The translations under genes and the position numbers were made by a program. Below the pieces are notes generated by a model that was not told the DNA's origin, did no database searches, and saw nothing but the letters and a program-made list of their open reading frames with translations. From Treponemataceae bacterium (GTDB taxonomy: Bacteria > Spirochaetota > Spirochaetia > Treponematales > Rectinemataceae), in contig CAXXHO010000005.1 of assembly GCA_963667725.2 (NCBI GenBank), positions 384,001 to 448,000 of the forward strand: a stretch of 64,000 nt of DNA, given 5' to 3'. The first letter of the stretch is position 1. Each line of letters begins with the position of its first letter. Shown one piece after another: positions 22,028 to 31,809 of this stretch.

Positions 22028-23950
22028 CTGACGTTGTACAGCGTGTGGTATAATACAGTAAGCAATAAAGCAGCTTAATATATTATACTGACAACAAATA
22101 ACTAAAAACGGACTGTACAAAAAGCATGATGCAAATGCGGTATAAGATATTTATAAATATTCGAAATAAAACTTTACAGATAAAACACTATGTTGTATAA
22201 TTAGCGGTATAATGAACGTACGGAAATGTACCCTAAAGAATGCTCAAGGCGGTACCTATACGTACCTTCAACTTGTGCACAACTACCGCGTCAAGGAAAC
22301 AGGAAAGACCAAAACCAATGTCCTTATGAAGCTCGGACGGGAAGATCAGATCGAGCCTTCCTACATCCAGGCGATCATCAAGGCACTGTCTGCGGTCTTA
22401 GGCGAATATCCTTCTGAAGTCCCCGCCGGATTTGACTTCCATTCAAGTCGGGAGCTTGGGGGCACCTGGCTTCTAGATGCCCTATGGAATCGTCTTGGCA
22501 TGGCAAAGGCTATCAAAGGGCTTCTTAACGAACGCCAGTTCGCCACACCCGTCGAACGGCTCTGCTTTGCCATGGTTGCAGGCAGGATCCTGGCTCCGGG
22601 TTCGAAGCTTTCTCTTGAACACTGGGTTTCAAAGAAAGCATATATCAGGGATCTTGTGAACGTCGATGTTCACAATCTTTACCGGGCGATGGATCTTCTT
22701 GTGGAGTCGAGCGAAGAACTCCAGAAGCACATATTTACCGAAGTATCAAAGAATGCCCACCTTGATGTGGATCTTATCTTTCTTGATACGACGAACACCT
22801 ATTTCGAGACCGACGAAGATGCTTCCGGTTCAGGGCTTTTAAAACGTGGCCACAGTAAAGATGGACACCCCGAGCTACCGTTGGTTTCGATTGCCTTTGC
22901 GGTGACGCGTAGCGGCATTCCTATTCGCTGCTGGGTATTCCCGGGCAACACGAGCGACCAGACGATCGTCGAGCAGGTGAAAGGTGATCTAGGACAGTGG
23001 AATCTTGGTCATGTCGTCATGGTCCAAGATGCAGGATTCAATAGTGCCGACAACAGAAGAATCCTTTTACGGGAATGCGGTGACTATATCATCGGCGAAA
23101 AGCTCCGCGTTGGTACCGATGGCGCCGCGGTAGAAGCCCTACACCGGAAAGGGCGATTCAGGATCCTGGAAAGTGGCCTCGCGATTAAAGATGTCGTCCT
23201 CGATGCAGGGAAAGCCACGGAGCGCCGATTCATCATCGTCAAGAATCCGGAAGCCGAAACGCGCGACCATGTCATACGCGAACAAATCGTCGATGCTACG
23301 AAGCGCAAGCTTGATGAACTGTCGCAGTATACGGGGAAAGCACACACGAAAGCGGCGTGTGCGCTACGCTCTCATTCCGCCTATGGCAGATACATTAGGC
23401 AGGATACGAAGGGTGTCTTGCACCTCGACACCGCCAAGATAGCCTCAGAGGAACTCCTTGATGGCAAGTTTCTAGTGTCGACGTCCAGCATGAAGCTGGA
23501 TGCTGCCGATATTGTTGCCGGCTATAAGCAGCTCTGGGCCATAGAGCGGGTATTCAAGGATATGAAAAACACCTTGGATATTCGTCCCATATACCACCGA
23601 CTTGATGATCGTATTCGAAGCCATATTCTTATTTGCTGGCTTGCCATGGTGCTGGTACGGTATGCAGAGAATATGGCGGACCGGTCGTGGTACCAGATTG
23701 AAAAAGTTCTGTCCGATGTTACTGCAGGGCTTATTGAGAGCGACAATGTAAGCCTCTGGTATTGCTCTGATATTTCCGACGAGGCGAAGGACATTTTCAA
23801 GCGCTTAACTATTGAATTACCAAAGAAAGTTCTTGCTACAGTAGCAAGAGATCCTGTTGCGGTATAAAAGATTTTCGACTGCAATCGTATAACTCTATTA
23901 TTTATAGAGTATTAGCAAGATTTTCTATACCGCGCACTGTACAACGCCAG
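22028..23950 (+). mobile_element. IS1634-family element A, copy 2 (transposase 22212-23867)
   Basis: Same IRs and protein as copy 1; no TSD. Confidence 0.92.
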
Positions 23951-23991
23951 TTGTCTGTAAAAGAATTCACAATGAAAGCGTTAAGTATCAT
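23951..23991 (-). pseudogene. PhzF-like cassette gene, 5' stub
   Basis: GGAG RBS, MILNAFIVNSFTD then IS end. Confidence 0.4.
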
Positions 23992-24043
23992 AAACTCCAA
24001 TACCTTTTCATATTTTCATTACATTAGGGCGCCGAAGGCGTCT

Positions 24044-24159
24044 ACCTAACATTGGCTTAACCTTTAAATCCGTGCCCGAAGGGCTTAGCGTGGTTTGTGC
24101 ATTGTTGTTCTTGCACAAACCATGACAAAGGATTTATAAGGTTGAAGCAGTTGTTCGAT
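24044..24159 (-). repeat. attC
   Basis: ACCTAAC...GTTCGAT. Confidence 0.9.
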
Positions 24160-24164
24160 GCTTC

Positions 24165-24503
24165 TTATCTTATTATTACTTCTATTTTTTCTATTACTTC
24201 TTCCATTTTTTTGTCTCCAATTTTTTCTATAAATTCTATATTTCTTTCTCTCCAATCTAAACTCTTTATCTGATCACTTAATACAGAGCCTTTTATCTTT
24301 TTTAACTCTAACTCAACTTCAAATGGATATCCCTTTACCTTACTTGTAATTGGGCAAAATAATGCTAATCCAATTTTCTCATTATATGCTTTAAATGATA
24401 ATGTGAGTGCTGGTCTTCTTCCCCTTTGTTCATGGCCCAATTGTGGGTTGAAGTCCAACCAAACAATGTCTCCTCTCTCAGGAATATAGCTTTTACTTAC
24501 CAT
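24165..24503 (-). CDS. mazF: MazF endoribonuclease toxin
   Basis: YIPERGDIVWLDFNPQLGHEQRGRRPAL, CPITSKVKGYPFEV, DQIKSLDW. Confidence 0.93.
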   Translation of the reverse strand: MVSKSYIPERGDIVWLDFNPQLGHEQRGRRPALTLSFKAYNEKIGLALFCPITSKVKGYPFEVELELKKIKGSVLSDQIKSLDWRERNIEFIEKIGDKKMEEVIEKIEVIIR

Positions 24504-24730
24504 TCTTCTTTTCCTATTGAAGATCCAGTATCAACAAAGGCATGCAGATTTTCTTCTTTTACTTGAGAAAGAAGTGATTCAAGCGTCGTTTTCTTTGGAA
24601 GAATAACAAGCTTTCCACCATCTTCCAATATTTCTACTGAGCTTCCACCCTTAAGATCAAATTCTTTCACATACAGCGAAGGAATACGTATACCAAGGCT
24701 ATTACCCCATTTTTGAACAACTGTTTTCAT
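24497..24730 (-). CDS. mazE: MazE antitoxin
   Basis: QKWGNSLGIRIP AbrB motif; GGAGG RBS. Confidence 0.9.
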   Translation of the reverse strand: MKTVVQKWGNSLGIRIPSLYVKEFDLKGGSSVEILEDGGKLVILPKKTTLESLLSQVKEENLHAFVDTGSSIGKEEW

Positions 24731-24748
24731 AAGAACCTCCACAATAAT

Positions 24749-24777
24749 AGTATACACATTGTATATCTATTTGTCAA
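24749..24777 (-). promoter_or_regulatory. Promoter of mazEF cassette
   Basis: TTGACA-17-TATACT. Confidence 0.75.
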
Positions 24778-24816
24778 GTATACATTGTATATACTATTTG
24801 GGCGCCGAAGGCGTCC

Positions 24817-24931
24817 ATCGAACATTCGTTTAACCTTTAAATCCGTGCCCGAAGGGCTTGGCGCGTTTTGTGCATTGTTGTTCTGCACAAAACGTGCCAA
24901 AGGATTTATAAGGTTGAAACGGTTGTTCGAT
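24817..24931 (-). repeat. attC
   Basis: ATCGAAC...GTTCGAT. Confidence 0.9.
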
Positions 24932-24989
24932 GTCTTCTTTTTGTTATATTTAAATAATTAATATTTATAATTATCTATCACCCTTCAAT

Positions 24990-25412
24990 TTACTTATTTC
25001 TTATTGCAATTGGATGATCTTTATTCAGCTGTAAAAGGTCCCACAAGTTTCCATAAAGATCTTCAAATACAGCTACCATTCCATAATCTGCTTTTTTAGG
25101 CTCTCTAATAAACTTAATTCCCTCTTTTATCATATTTTTATAATCTCTCCAAAAATCATCGGTATTAAGAAATAAAAACACTCTTCCACCGGTTTGATTT
25201 CCAATAAATGGTTCTTGTTCTGACTTAGATGCTTTAGCAAGTAATATGGTAGTTCCAGAACCTCCAGGAGGAGCAATAACTACCCATCGTTTATTCTGTT
25301 CAGGCTGATATGTGTCTTCAATGAGAACAAAATTTAGTTTCTTTATATAGAAATTAAGTGCCTCATCATAATCTTTTACAACGAGTGCTATATGTACAAT
25401 TGATTGTTTCAT
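24990..25412 (-). CDS. VOC/glyoxalase-family protein
   Basis: HIALVVKDYDEA, GNQTGGRVFLFL, VFEDLYGNLWDL. Confidence 0.9.
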   Translation of the reverse strand: MKQSIVHIALVVKDYDEALNFYIKKLNFVLIEDTYQPEQNKRWVVIAPPGGSGTTILLAKASKSEQEPFIGNQTGGRVFLFLNTDDFWRDYKNMIKEGIKFIREPKKADYGMVAVFEDLYGNLWDLLQLNKDHPIAIRNK

Positions 25413-25496
25413 AGTCCACCAATGTTAAATGTAAATATCAATAGCTTCTACAAATAGAACGTATGCATTTTTAAATTTTTTGCGCCGAAGGCGTCC

Positions 25497-25623
25497 ATCG
25501 AACATTCGTTTAACCTTTAAACCACATTCCTGAGCGAAGCGAGGGATTGGCACGTGTTTTTGCATGAGATTTCATGCAAAAACCGTGACAACGTGGTTTA
25601 TAAGGTTGAAACGGTTGTTATAA
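25497..25623 (-). repeat. attC of the recombinase cassette
   Basis: ATCGAAC...GTTATAA; covarying stem AAACCAC/GTGGTTT. Confidence 0.9.
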
Positions 25624-25686
25624 GTCTTCCTTTCTATACTATGTATCGTATAATCACAATATTTCTGCATTTTAAAAGGAATAAAT

Positions 25687-26571
25687 ATGGGCACACTAAA
25701 AAACAAAATGGTAGACAATATGATCGCTCATGGATATTCAGATAAAACAATAAAACTGTATACTTGTTGTGTTAAATGCTTTTCTTATCATTATATGAAG
25801 TCTCCTCTTAAAATTACTTATCAAGAAATTGAGTCCTTTTTCCTCTACTTAAGAAAACAGAAAAAAAGTGAATCAACAATACATATTTACTACGAAGCAT
25901 TAAAATTCTTCTATTCAATGTACAATCTAAAAGAACGAATTCCATACTTCAATTTTTCTCATTGTAATAATAGACTACCGGAAGTCCTATGCCAAAATGA
26001 AGTTTTTCAACTCTTGGAACAATGTAATAGCTTAAAGTATCGTACTATTTTGACACTGATCTACTCTGCTGGCCTACGCGTCTCAGAAGCCGCAAAACTC
26101 AAGCTGTCAGATATCGATTTTAACCGAAAGCAAATATTCGTACGAAATGGAAAGAATAAGAAAGATCGGTATACTCTACTTGCTAATGAAACCATCCTGA
26201 TCTTAAAGCAATATATGCAAATATATAATCCCGTAGATTATGTTTTTTATACTAATGATATAGCAAAAAGCATATCTACAGACTGTATCCAACAATACTT
26301 TAAGAAGTTACTATCACAGTGTAATATAAGTAAGACTATTCATGTGCATACTTTACGCCATTGTTTTGCAACCCATTTACTAGAAAATGGAACAAGCATT
26401 TTTTATATCATGCATTTACTTGGTCATTCCAATATTCAGACTACAATGATATATCTTCATATGCGGTCTTTAGAAAACCTGAATATTGTATCTCCCATGG
26501 ATAATCATCATTTTGACCCGACGAAAACACCTACAATAGTAGGTCATCAGATGCTTCTACAATCGGCTTAA
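25687..26571 (+). CDS. Tyrosine recombinase (IntI/XerD-like, N-terminal SAM-like domain) carried as a cassette
   Basis: YSAGLRVSE, GKNKKDR, HTLRHCFATHLLE, LLGHSNIQTTMIY; no IntI-specific insertion. Confidence 0.92.
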   Translation: MGTLKNKMVDNMIAHGYSDKTIKLYTCCVKCFSYHYMKSPLKITYQEIESFFLYLRKQKKSESTIHIYYEALKFFYSMYNLKERIPYFNFSHCNNRLPEVLCQNEVFQLLEQCNSLKYRTILTLIYSAGLRVSEAAKLKLSDIDFNRKQIFVRNGKNKKDRYTLLANETILILKQYMQIYNPVDYVFYTNDIAKSISTDCIQQYFKKLLSQCNISKTIHVHTLRHCFATHLLENGTSIFYIMHLLGHSNIQTTMIYLHMRSLENLNIVSPMDNHHFDPTKTPTIVGHQMLLQSA

Positions 26572-26590
26572 CATTCTGCCCGAAGGGTCC

Positions 26591-26714
26591 TTATAACATT
26601 GGCTTAACCCTTAACGCCTGTTCCTGAGCGAAGCGAAGGATTGGCGTGGTTTGTGCATTGTTGTTCTGCACAAACCATGACAAAGGATTTACAAGGTTGA
26701 AGCACGTGTTAGAA
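26591..26714 (-). repeat. attC (arms from different subtypes)
   Basis: TTATAAC...GTTAGAA. Confidence 0.88.
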
Positions 26715-26777
26715 TTCTTCATTTCTAATATAATATGTTCATTATTTCTATACTAATTATCATTTTATATGTTTTTA

Positions 26778-27119
26778 TCATCCCCAAAAACAACAATATT
26801 TATCATCTTCTACTGTCTTTATAAAGGCATTCAATGTTTTTACTTCTTCTTTTGGCTCATACGAGTGCCATTTTGAGTCTGCTCTCATCCAATATATCTT
26901 CCATATATTTTCTTTATGGATATATGTAGTCTTTGCAATAGGAGACTCAACTTTTTTCTTACTCATAATTTCTCTAATTTCAAATATTATTATACTTTGC
27001 CGTTCAATTTTATAACTAATATCTATTTTATTTCGAATATCTTCTTTTGGACGTATTTTTTCAATATAATCTTCAATTATTTTTGAGTATTTCTTTATCT
27101 CTTCTTCTGTAAATGCCAT
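26778..27119 (-). CDS. DUF3024-family protein
   Basis: PIAK.TY....WKIYWMRAD.KWHSYEP, D...CFWG. Confidence 0.8.
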   Translation of the reverse strand: MAFTEEEIKKYSKIIEDYIEKIRPKEDIRNKIDISYKIERQSIIIFEIREIMSKKKVESPIAKTTYIHKENIWKIYWMRADSKWHSYEPKEEVKTLNAFIKTVEDDKYCCFWG

Positions 27120-27222
27120 TGTATCCTCTTAATATGATTAAATTTATTTCTTTAGATTTTAATTACATTTTTATTACTAATATAATCTCAACTTTTAATT
27201 TACTCTTGCGCCGAAGGCGTCA

Positions 27223-27344
27223 TCCTAACATTGGCTTAACCGGTAATTCCGTGCCCGAAGGGCTTGGCGCGGTTTGTGCATAAAGAGCGAAGCGATTGCA
27301 TAAACCGTGACAAAGGAATTATCCGGTTGAAGCAGTTGTTAGCC
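27223..27344 (-). repeat. attC
   Basis: TCCTAAC...GTTAGCC. Confidence 0.9.
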
Positions 27345-28301
27345 ATTTCTTTTTGTATATTTTGTCATCCGTCCATTACCAGTCGTTTCCAATACTCCAT
27401 CTAGTATTAGCTGTTTCAAATCTCTGCTTGCTGTTGCTGTCGATATCCCTTTATTTACTTTTATATACTCTTTCCTATCAAACCATCCAACTAATATAGA
27501 AAGTGCATAATCAGCTCTCTTTTTATAGTCAATATTTGGTATCTTTGTGCCTTCTATAGTCTTTCTTAGGCTCTCATTAATCACTTCAAGCATAAATTCT
27601 ATAAATTGTGTCGACTTTCCCTCATTATCAGAATCCTCTAATACTTTATAATATTTTTCTTGATTATTTCTAATAGTCTCTTCTATTGGAATGTATTCAA
27701 AAATGGGATTCGCATCCATAAGTAATCTGGTTTGCCAAAACCTACCCATTCTTCCATTTCCATCTTCGAATGGATGGATAAATTCCATCTCATAATGAAA
27801 GACGCAACTTTTTATTATATCAAGATCATTATCTTTCTTAATATAATCAAACAAATCTTTCATCAGCCCAGGAACCATACTATACCCTGGTGCAATATGC
27901 TGTACTTCTTTTCCCTTAATAATCCCAACTTGTTTTTGTCGAAATTTCCCAGGATTATCTACTAATCCTTCCATCAAGATTCCATGAGCTCGTAAAAAAT
28001 CGTTCATTGAGTAAGCTTTTAATTGATTTAATTGATCATATGCCCTAATTGCATTTTGTACCTCAAGTATATCTTTTTTAGGACCTACAACATGCACTTT
28101 ATCAATGATTGCAGTGACATGTTCAATATCTAATGTATTTCCTTCTATTGCCAATGAAGAATGAATAGTTTTTATTCTATTTTGTCTTCTTAACTTAGCT
28201 TCTGGTTTAACCAATAGAAGACTTTTACATTGCCCTAAAGCCTCACTTATCTGTCCATATAGAAAGAGGATTCTATTTGTTATCGCATATGGCGGTTTCA
28301 T
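27339..28301 (-). CDS. Fic-domain protein
   Basis: HPFEDGNGRMGR and SSLAIEGN motifs; C-terminal HTH. Confidence 0.92.
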   Translation of the reverse strand: MKPPYAITNRILFLYGQISEALGQCKSLLLVKPEAKLRRQNRIKTIHSSLAIEGNTLDIEHVTAIIDKVHVVGPKKDILEVQNAIRAYDQLNQLKAYSMNDFLRAHGILMEGLVDNPGKFRQKQVGIIKGKEVQHIAPGYSMVPGLMKDLFDYIKKDNDLDIIKSCVFHYEMEFIHPFEDGNGRMGRFWQTRLLMDANPIFEYIPIEETIRNNQEKYYKVLEDSDNEGKSTQFIEFMLEVINESLRKTIEGTKIPNIDYKKRADYALSILVGWFDRKEYIKVNKGISTATASRDLKQLILDGVLETTGNGRMTKYTKRNG

Positions 28302-28348
28302 ATCACCTCTATGATAGCATCATTTGATACTATCTGCAAGCTAAATAT

Positions 28349-28473
28349 GGCTAACATTGGCTTAACCCTTAACGCCTGTTCCTGAGCGAAGCGAAGGATT
28401 GGCGTGGTTTTTGCGTCATCTTCTCGCAAAAACCATGACAAAAGGCGTTATAGGGTTGAAGCGTTTGTTAGAT
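28349..28473 (-). repeat. attC
   Basis: GGCTAAC...GTTAGAT. Confidence 0.9.
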
Positions 28474-28474
28474 T

Positions 28475-29287
28475 TCAGCACTTTCCATTTTGAGCTATAT
28501 ATAACAAATGTTCTGCGCAACCTATGCAATGGGGATCCTCTATAAACTCCATGGCTAAAGTAATACATTCAGAAATCACTTCTTTAGGATACTTCTTTAA
28601 AACTTCTTCATAGGGACCAAGTATGCTCTCAACAGCATAACATCCAATTTTCTTAATCGGAAAAGAACTCATCAATTCTTCGACTTCTTCTATCCTTGAG
28701 AAGTAAGCTGCTGTAAAGCCATCATCACTCACAATATTAGTACCATTACTAAAGTATCCTAACAATGTATTAATGTTTCCAATAACCTTATCTGGATATT
28801 TCTTTAATATGTCAATAATAGGTGCATATGCAGATATGAATGTAGAAGCTATTATTCCATTAGGTTTTAATACCCTTAATGCATTTTCTATGACTTTTTC
28901 TCTATCAGCTTTGTCTGTAAGGTGATAAAGAGGTCCCATGATAAGGACTGCATCATGCTCATTTTCATTAAGATTATTAAGATCAAGAGCATTTCCTACA
29001 ACAAACGAATCTATATGCTCATCGTTATGTATATCATTTTCTCGTGCAAACGCAATATTTTCTTCTGAAAGATCAAATAGCGTGACAGAATACCCTAATC
29101 TTGCTAACCAAAACGAATAATGTCCTGGGCCACCACCTAGATCCAATATTTTTGCTGGTGGTTTTGGTAGATGCTTTAGCAGTAAACGTTTTGTTATTTC
29201 AAATTCTACTGGATGCCTTTCTGCACGCGTCCATTCATGTTCAACCTGTCTATTGTAAAATATTTTTACGATATCGCTATCATGCAT
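28475..29287 (-). CDS. Class I SAM-dependent methyltransferase
   Basis: ILDLGGGPGHYS, MGPLYHL; start trimmed to inside cassette. Confidence 0.88.
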   Translation of the reverse strand: MHDSDIVKIFYNRQVEHEWTRAERHPVEFEITKRLLLKHLPKPPAKILDLGGGPGHYSFWLARLGYSVTLFDLSEENIAFARENDIHNDEHIDSFVVGNALDLNNLNENEHDAVLIMGPLYHLTDKADREKVIENALRVLKPNGIIASTFISAYAPIIDILKKYPDKVIGNINTLLGYFSNGTNIVSDDGFTAAYFSRIEEVEELMSSFPIKKIGCYAVESILGPYEEVLKKYPKEVISECITLAMEFIEDPHCIGCAEHLLYIAQNGKC

Positions 29288-29311
29288 TACTATCTCCGAT
29301 ACATTCTGTAA

Positions 29312-29436
29312 ATCTAACATTGGCTTAACCCTTAACGCCTGCTCCTGAGCGTAGCGAAGGATTGGCGTGGTTTTTGCGTCATCTTCTCGCAAAAACCATG
29401 ACAAAAGGCGTTATAGGGTTGAAGCATTTGTTAGAA
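29312..29436 (-). repeat. attC
   Basis: ATCTAAC...GTTAGAA. Confidence 0.9.
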
Positions 29437-29853
29437 ATCTTCTTTTATAAATGGATTGAGTAATTTAATTCCTCTATAATTTTGTCCAGAATTTAAATCT
29501 TCTGATAGAACATATTCACAATTTGCCTTTTCAGCTGCAGCAATTATTAATGAATCCCAAAATGATAGTTGTGATAAAATACTAATATCAATTGCTTGCT
29601 CTATCAAATCTAAATCATTATTTACTATTTCCATATTATGAAAATTATGAATAATATTTTTTACAACTATCGGATCAGCTTTTAATTTATTTGATGCCAC
29701 AACATAAAACTCTTTTATTACTTGAGTAGAAATAGCAGGCTGATGCGATTCTACTACCTTCTTAACTATCTTTCGTGCCATATCCCGTTTATCAATATCC
29801 TTTTGATCTAATGTGTACACTAGGATATTTGTATCTATGAATATTTTAGACAC
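29431..29853 (-). CDS. vapC: PIN-domain toxin
   Basis: FIDTNILVY, STQVIKEF, SFWDSLI, SEDL, NPF. Confidence 0.88.
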   Translation of the reverse strand: MSKIFIDTNILVYTLDQKDIDKRDMARKIVKKVVESHQPAISTQVIKEFYVVASNKLKADPIVVKNIIHNFHNMEIVNNDLDLIEQAIDISILSQLSFWDSLIIAAAEKANCEYVLSEDLNSGQNYRGIKLLNPFIKEDF

Positions 29854-30070
29854 GATAAAGTTCCTCTCTTGTCCACGTCACATTCTCTGAAGATACTTGA
29901 AGCTTATCCATTAAAGAAAAGGTATCATCAAGCCATTGATCTTTTGTAGAGAGGACAGTTTGTTCAACCAATCTTCTAACAAGGACATTGAATGATACAT
30001 TATGCTTACGCGCATAATCCCTTCCAGCCTTGAGTACTTTTTCATCCATCGAAAGAGTAATATTCTTCAT
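29846..30070 (-). CDS. Antitoxin (DUF6364/RHH-like)
   Basis: MKNITLSMDE, WTREELY; promoter TTGACA-17-TATACT at 30115-30087. Confidence 0.78.
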   Translation of the reverse strand: MKNITLSMDEKVLKAGRDYARKHNVSFNVLVRRLVEQTVLSTKDQWLDDTFSLMDKLQVSSENVTWTREELYRV

Positions 30071-30194
30071 ACCTTACCTCATACACAGTATATGTGCACA
30101 CTATGTAATTGTCAAGTCTACAACATACTGTAATTGATGTTGAACTATTTCTTTATACCAGTGAATATTATTATCTTCCTGCGCGGGAGCGTCT

Positions 30195-30319
30195 TTCTAA
30201 CATTGGCTTGACCCTTAACGCCCGCTCCTGAGCGAAGCGAAGGATTGGCGTGGTTTGTGCATGGGATTTCTGCACAAACCATGACAAAGGGCGTTATAGG
30301 GTCGAAGCAGGTGTTAGGC
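30195..30319 (-). repeat. attC
   Basis: TTCTAAC...GTTAGGC. Confidence 0.9.
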
Positions 30320-30324
30320 GAAAA

Positions 30325-30903
30325 TTAGTATAACATTCCTTTGTAATTATTCTTTATGGCTTCAATAATTTTCTCTTCTCTTTTCCTTCGTGTCTCTTCA
30401 GTTTTTGCTTCACAATAGAATCCCGCTAGTTGCTTCTGCCTAGAAGGTGAAATGTTTTCCAATAGCTTCAATATATCATTTTTCATACTCAAAATATCTT
30501 TTAGCTTTTTAATATTGGCAGCGTTTATACTATTCTTATCTACTACATCCTTTTTCTTATCGTCAATTTGATATGCTTCTATTCCAAATTGTGTAATTAA
30601 CCCTTTATCCTTAAGTTCTTTATAGATTGCTTTATTCTTTTCAGACCACTTCTTTTTATCAATCCTTCTTGAAAAGTACTTTTTATACTTTGTTTCATCT
30701 ATTGACTTCATAAGCCCATCAATCCAACCAAAACAGATTGCTTCTTCCAAAGCATCGTTTGAAGTAAAAACTTTATTTCCTTTTGTAAAAACAATCCAAA
30801 TACCATTTGAGGAACCATGGTTGATTTCAAGCCATATCCTAAATGCTTTTCTATTTTCGAATTGAAGAATTGAATTACCATTATTCATCATAATTATCAC
30901 CAA
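30325..30903 (-). CDS. YdeI/OmpD-associated family protein
   Basis: ALEEAICFGWIDG, WSEKNK, AKTEETR. Confidence 0.85.
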   Translation of the reverse strand: MVIIMMNNGNSILQFENRKAFRIWLEINHGSSNGIWIVFTKGNKVFTSNDALEEAICFGWIDGLMKSIDETKYKKYFSRRIDKKKWSEKNKAIYKELKDKGLITQFGIEAYQIDDKKKDVVDKNSINAANIKKLKDILSMKNDILKLLENISPSRQKQLAGFYCEAKTEETRRKREEKIIEAIKNNYKGMLY

Positions 30904-30939
30904 ACTTAAATATTTCTAATTTGCGCGCGAAGCGCGTCC

Positions 30940-31073
30940 GCCTAACATTGGCTTAACCCTTAACACCTGTTCCTGAGCGAAGCGAAGGATTGGCATGGTT
31001 TTTGCCTAAAGGAGCGTAGCGACTCGCAAAAACCATGACAAAAGGCGTTATAGGGTTGAAGCATTTGTTAGGC
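30940..31073 (-). repeat. attC
   Basis: GCCTAAC...GTTAGGC. Confidence 0.9.
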
Positions 31074-31165
31074 ATCTTCTTTATTTCCATTCTCTATAGT
31101 TACATACATTATTTTTCAATATGATACTTTATAGTTTTTTGTTAACCATATAATGTATTTCTAAT

Positions 31166-31579
31166 CTAAATATCATCTTCATCTATTACTTTTATTCCAT
31201 TCTTTAATAATAATTCTGCAGTTATTCCATTTCCTTCTTTCAATGTTCCAGTGAAAGTACCATCATAAATTTCACCTTTACCACATGATGGAGATCTTGC
31301 CTTTAGAATAGCTCTATTACATTTATAAATACGTGCAAGTTCAAGTGTAATCTCAGCCCCTTTCACAAACTCAACGGTTACATCTCTTCCGTCTTTATTT
31401 ATTACTCTTCCATTGATTATCTCTGCAGGTGGCCTTGGTGTCTGTAATCCGCCCAATTGTTCAGGACATACAAATAGTGCTTCTCCATCTTTTATGAGCT
31501 GCTTTATGTCTTTATTAAGCTTACTTTCTCCATTGTATCTACAAGGAACACCAGCTAAACATGCACTAACTAGAATCAT
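31166..31579 (-). CDS. DUF523 / 2-thiouracil desulfurase family
   Basis: VSACL.G.PCRYNG, CPEQLGGL.TPR, LKARSPSCG. Confidence 0.9.
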   Translation of the reverse strand: MILVSACLAGVPCRYNGESKLNKDIKQLIKDGEALFVCPEQLGGLQTPRPPAEIINGRVINKDGRDVTVEFVKGAEITLELARIYKCNRAILKARSPSCGKGEIYDGTFTGTLKEGNGITAELLLKNGIKVIDEDDI

Positions 31580-31647
31580 ATTTATCTCCTATTCTGGAAG
31601 ATAATTTATGTTTTCAATTTGTTTTTGCTCGCGCTTTGCGCGAGTCT

Positions 31648-31772
31648 GCCTAACATTGGCTTGACCCTTAACGCCCGTTCCTGAGCGTAGCGAAGGATTG
31701 GCGTGGTTTGTGCATTGTTGTTCTGCACAAACCATGACAAAGGGCGTTATAGAGTCGAAGCAGGTGTTAGGT
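31648..31772 (-). repeat. attC
   Basis: GCCTAAC...GTTAGGT. Confidence 0.9.
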
Positions 31773-31809
31773 TTCTTTGCTTTTTCTTAATATTAATTAC
31801 AATATTTCA

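Noticed and set aside
25687..26571. Calling the recombinase the array's canonical intI with adjacent attI
   Set aside because: It lacks the IntI-specific insertion and is flanked by two full attC sites, with the array continuing in the same orientation on both sides
28475..29404. ORFs or N-terminal extensions running through attC (also 24713, 25554, 36313, 43824, 52062, 52985, 57886, 62014)
   Set aside because: They are translations of the repeat itself; real starts with RBS lie inside the cassettes
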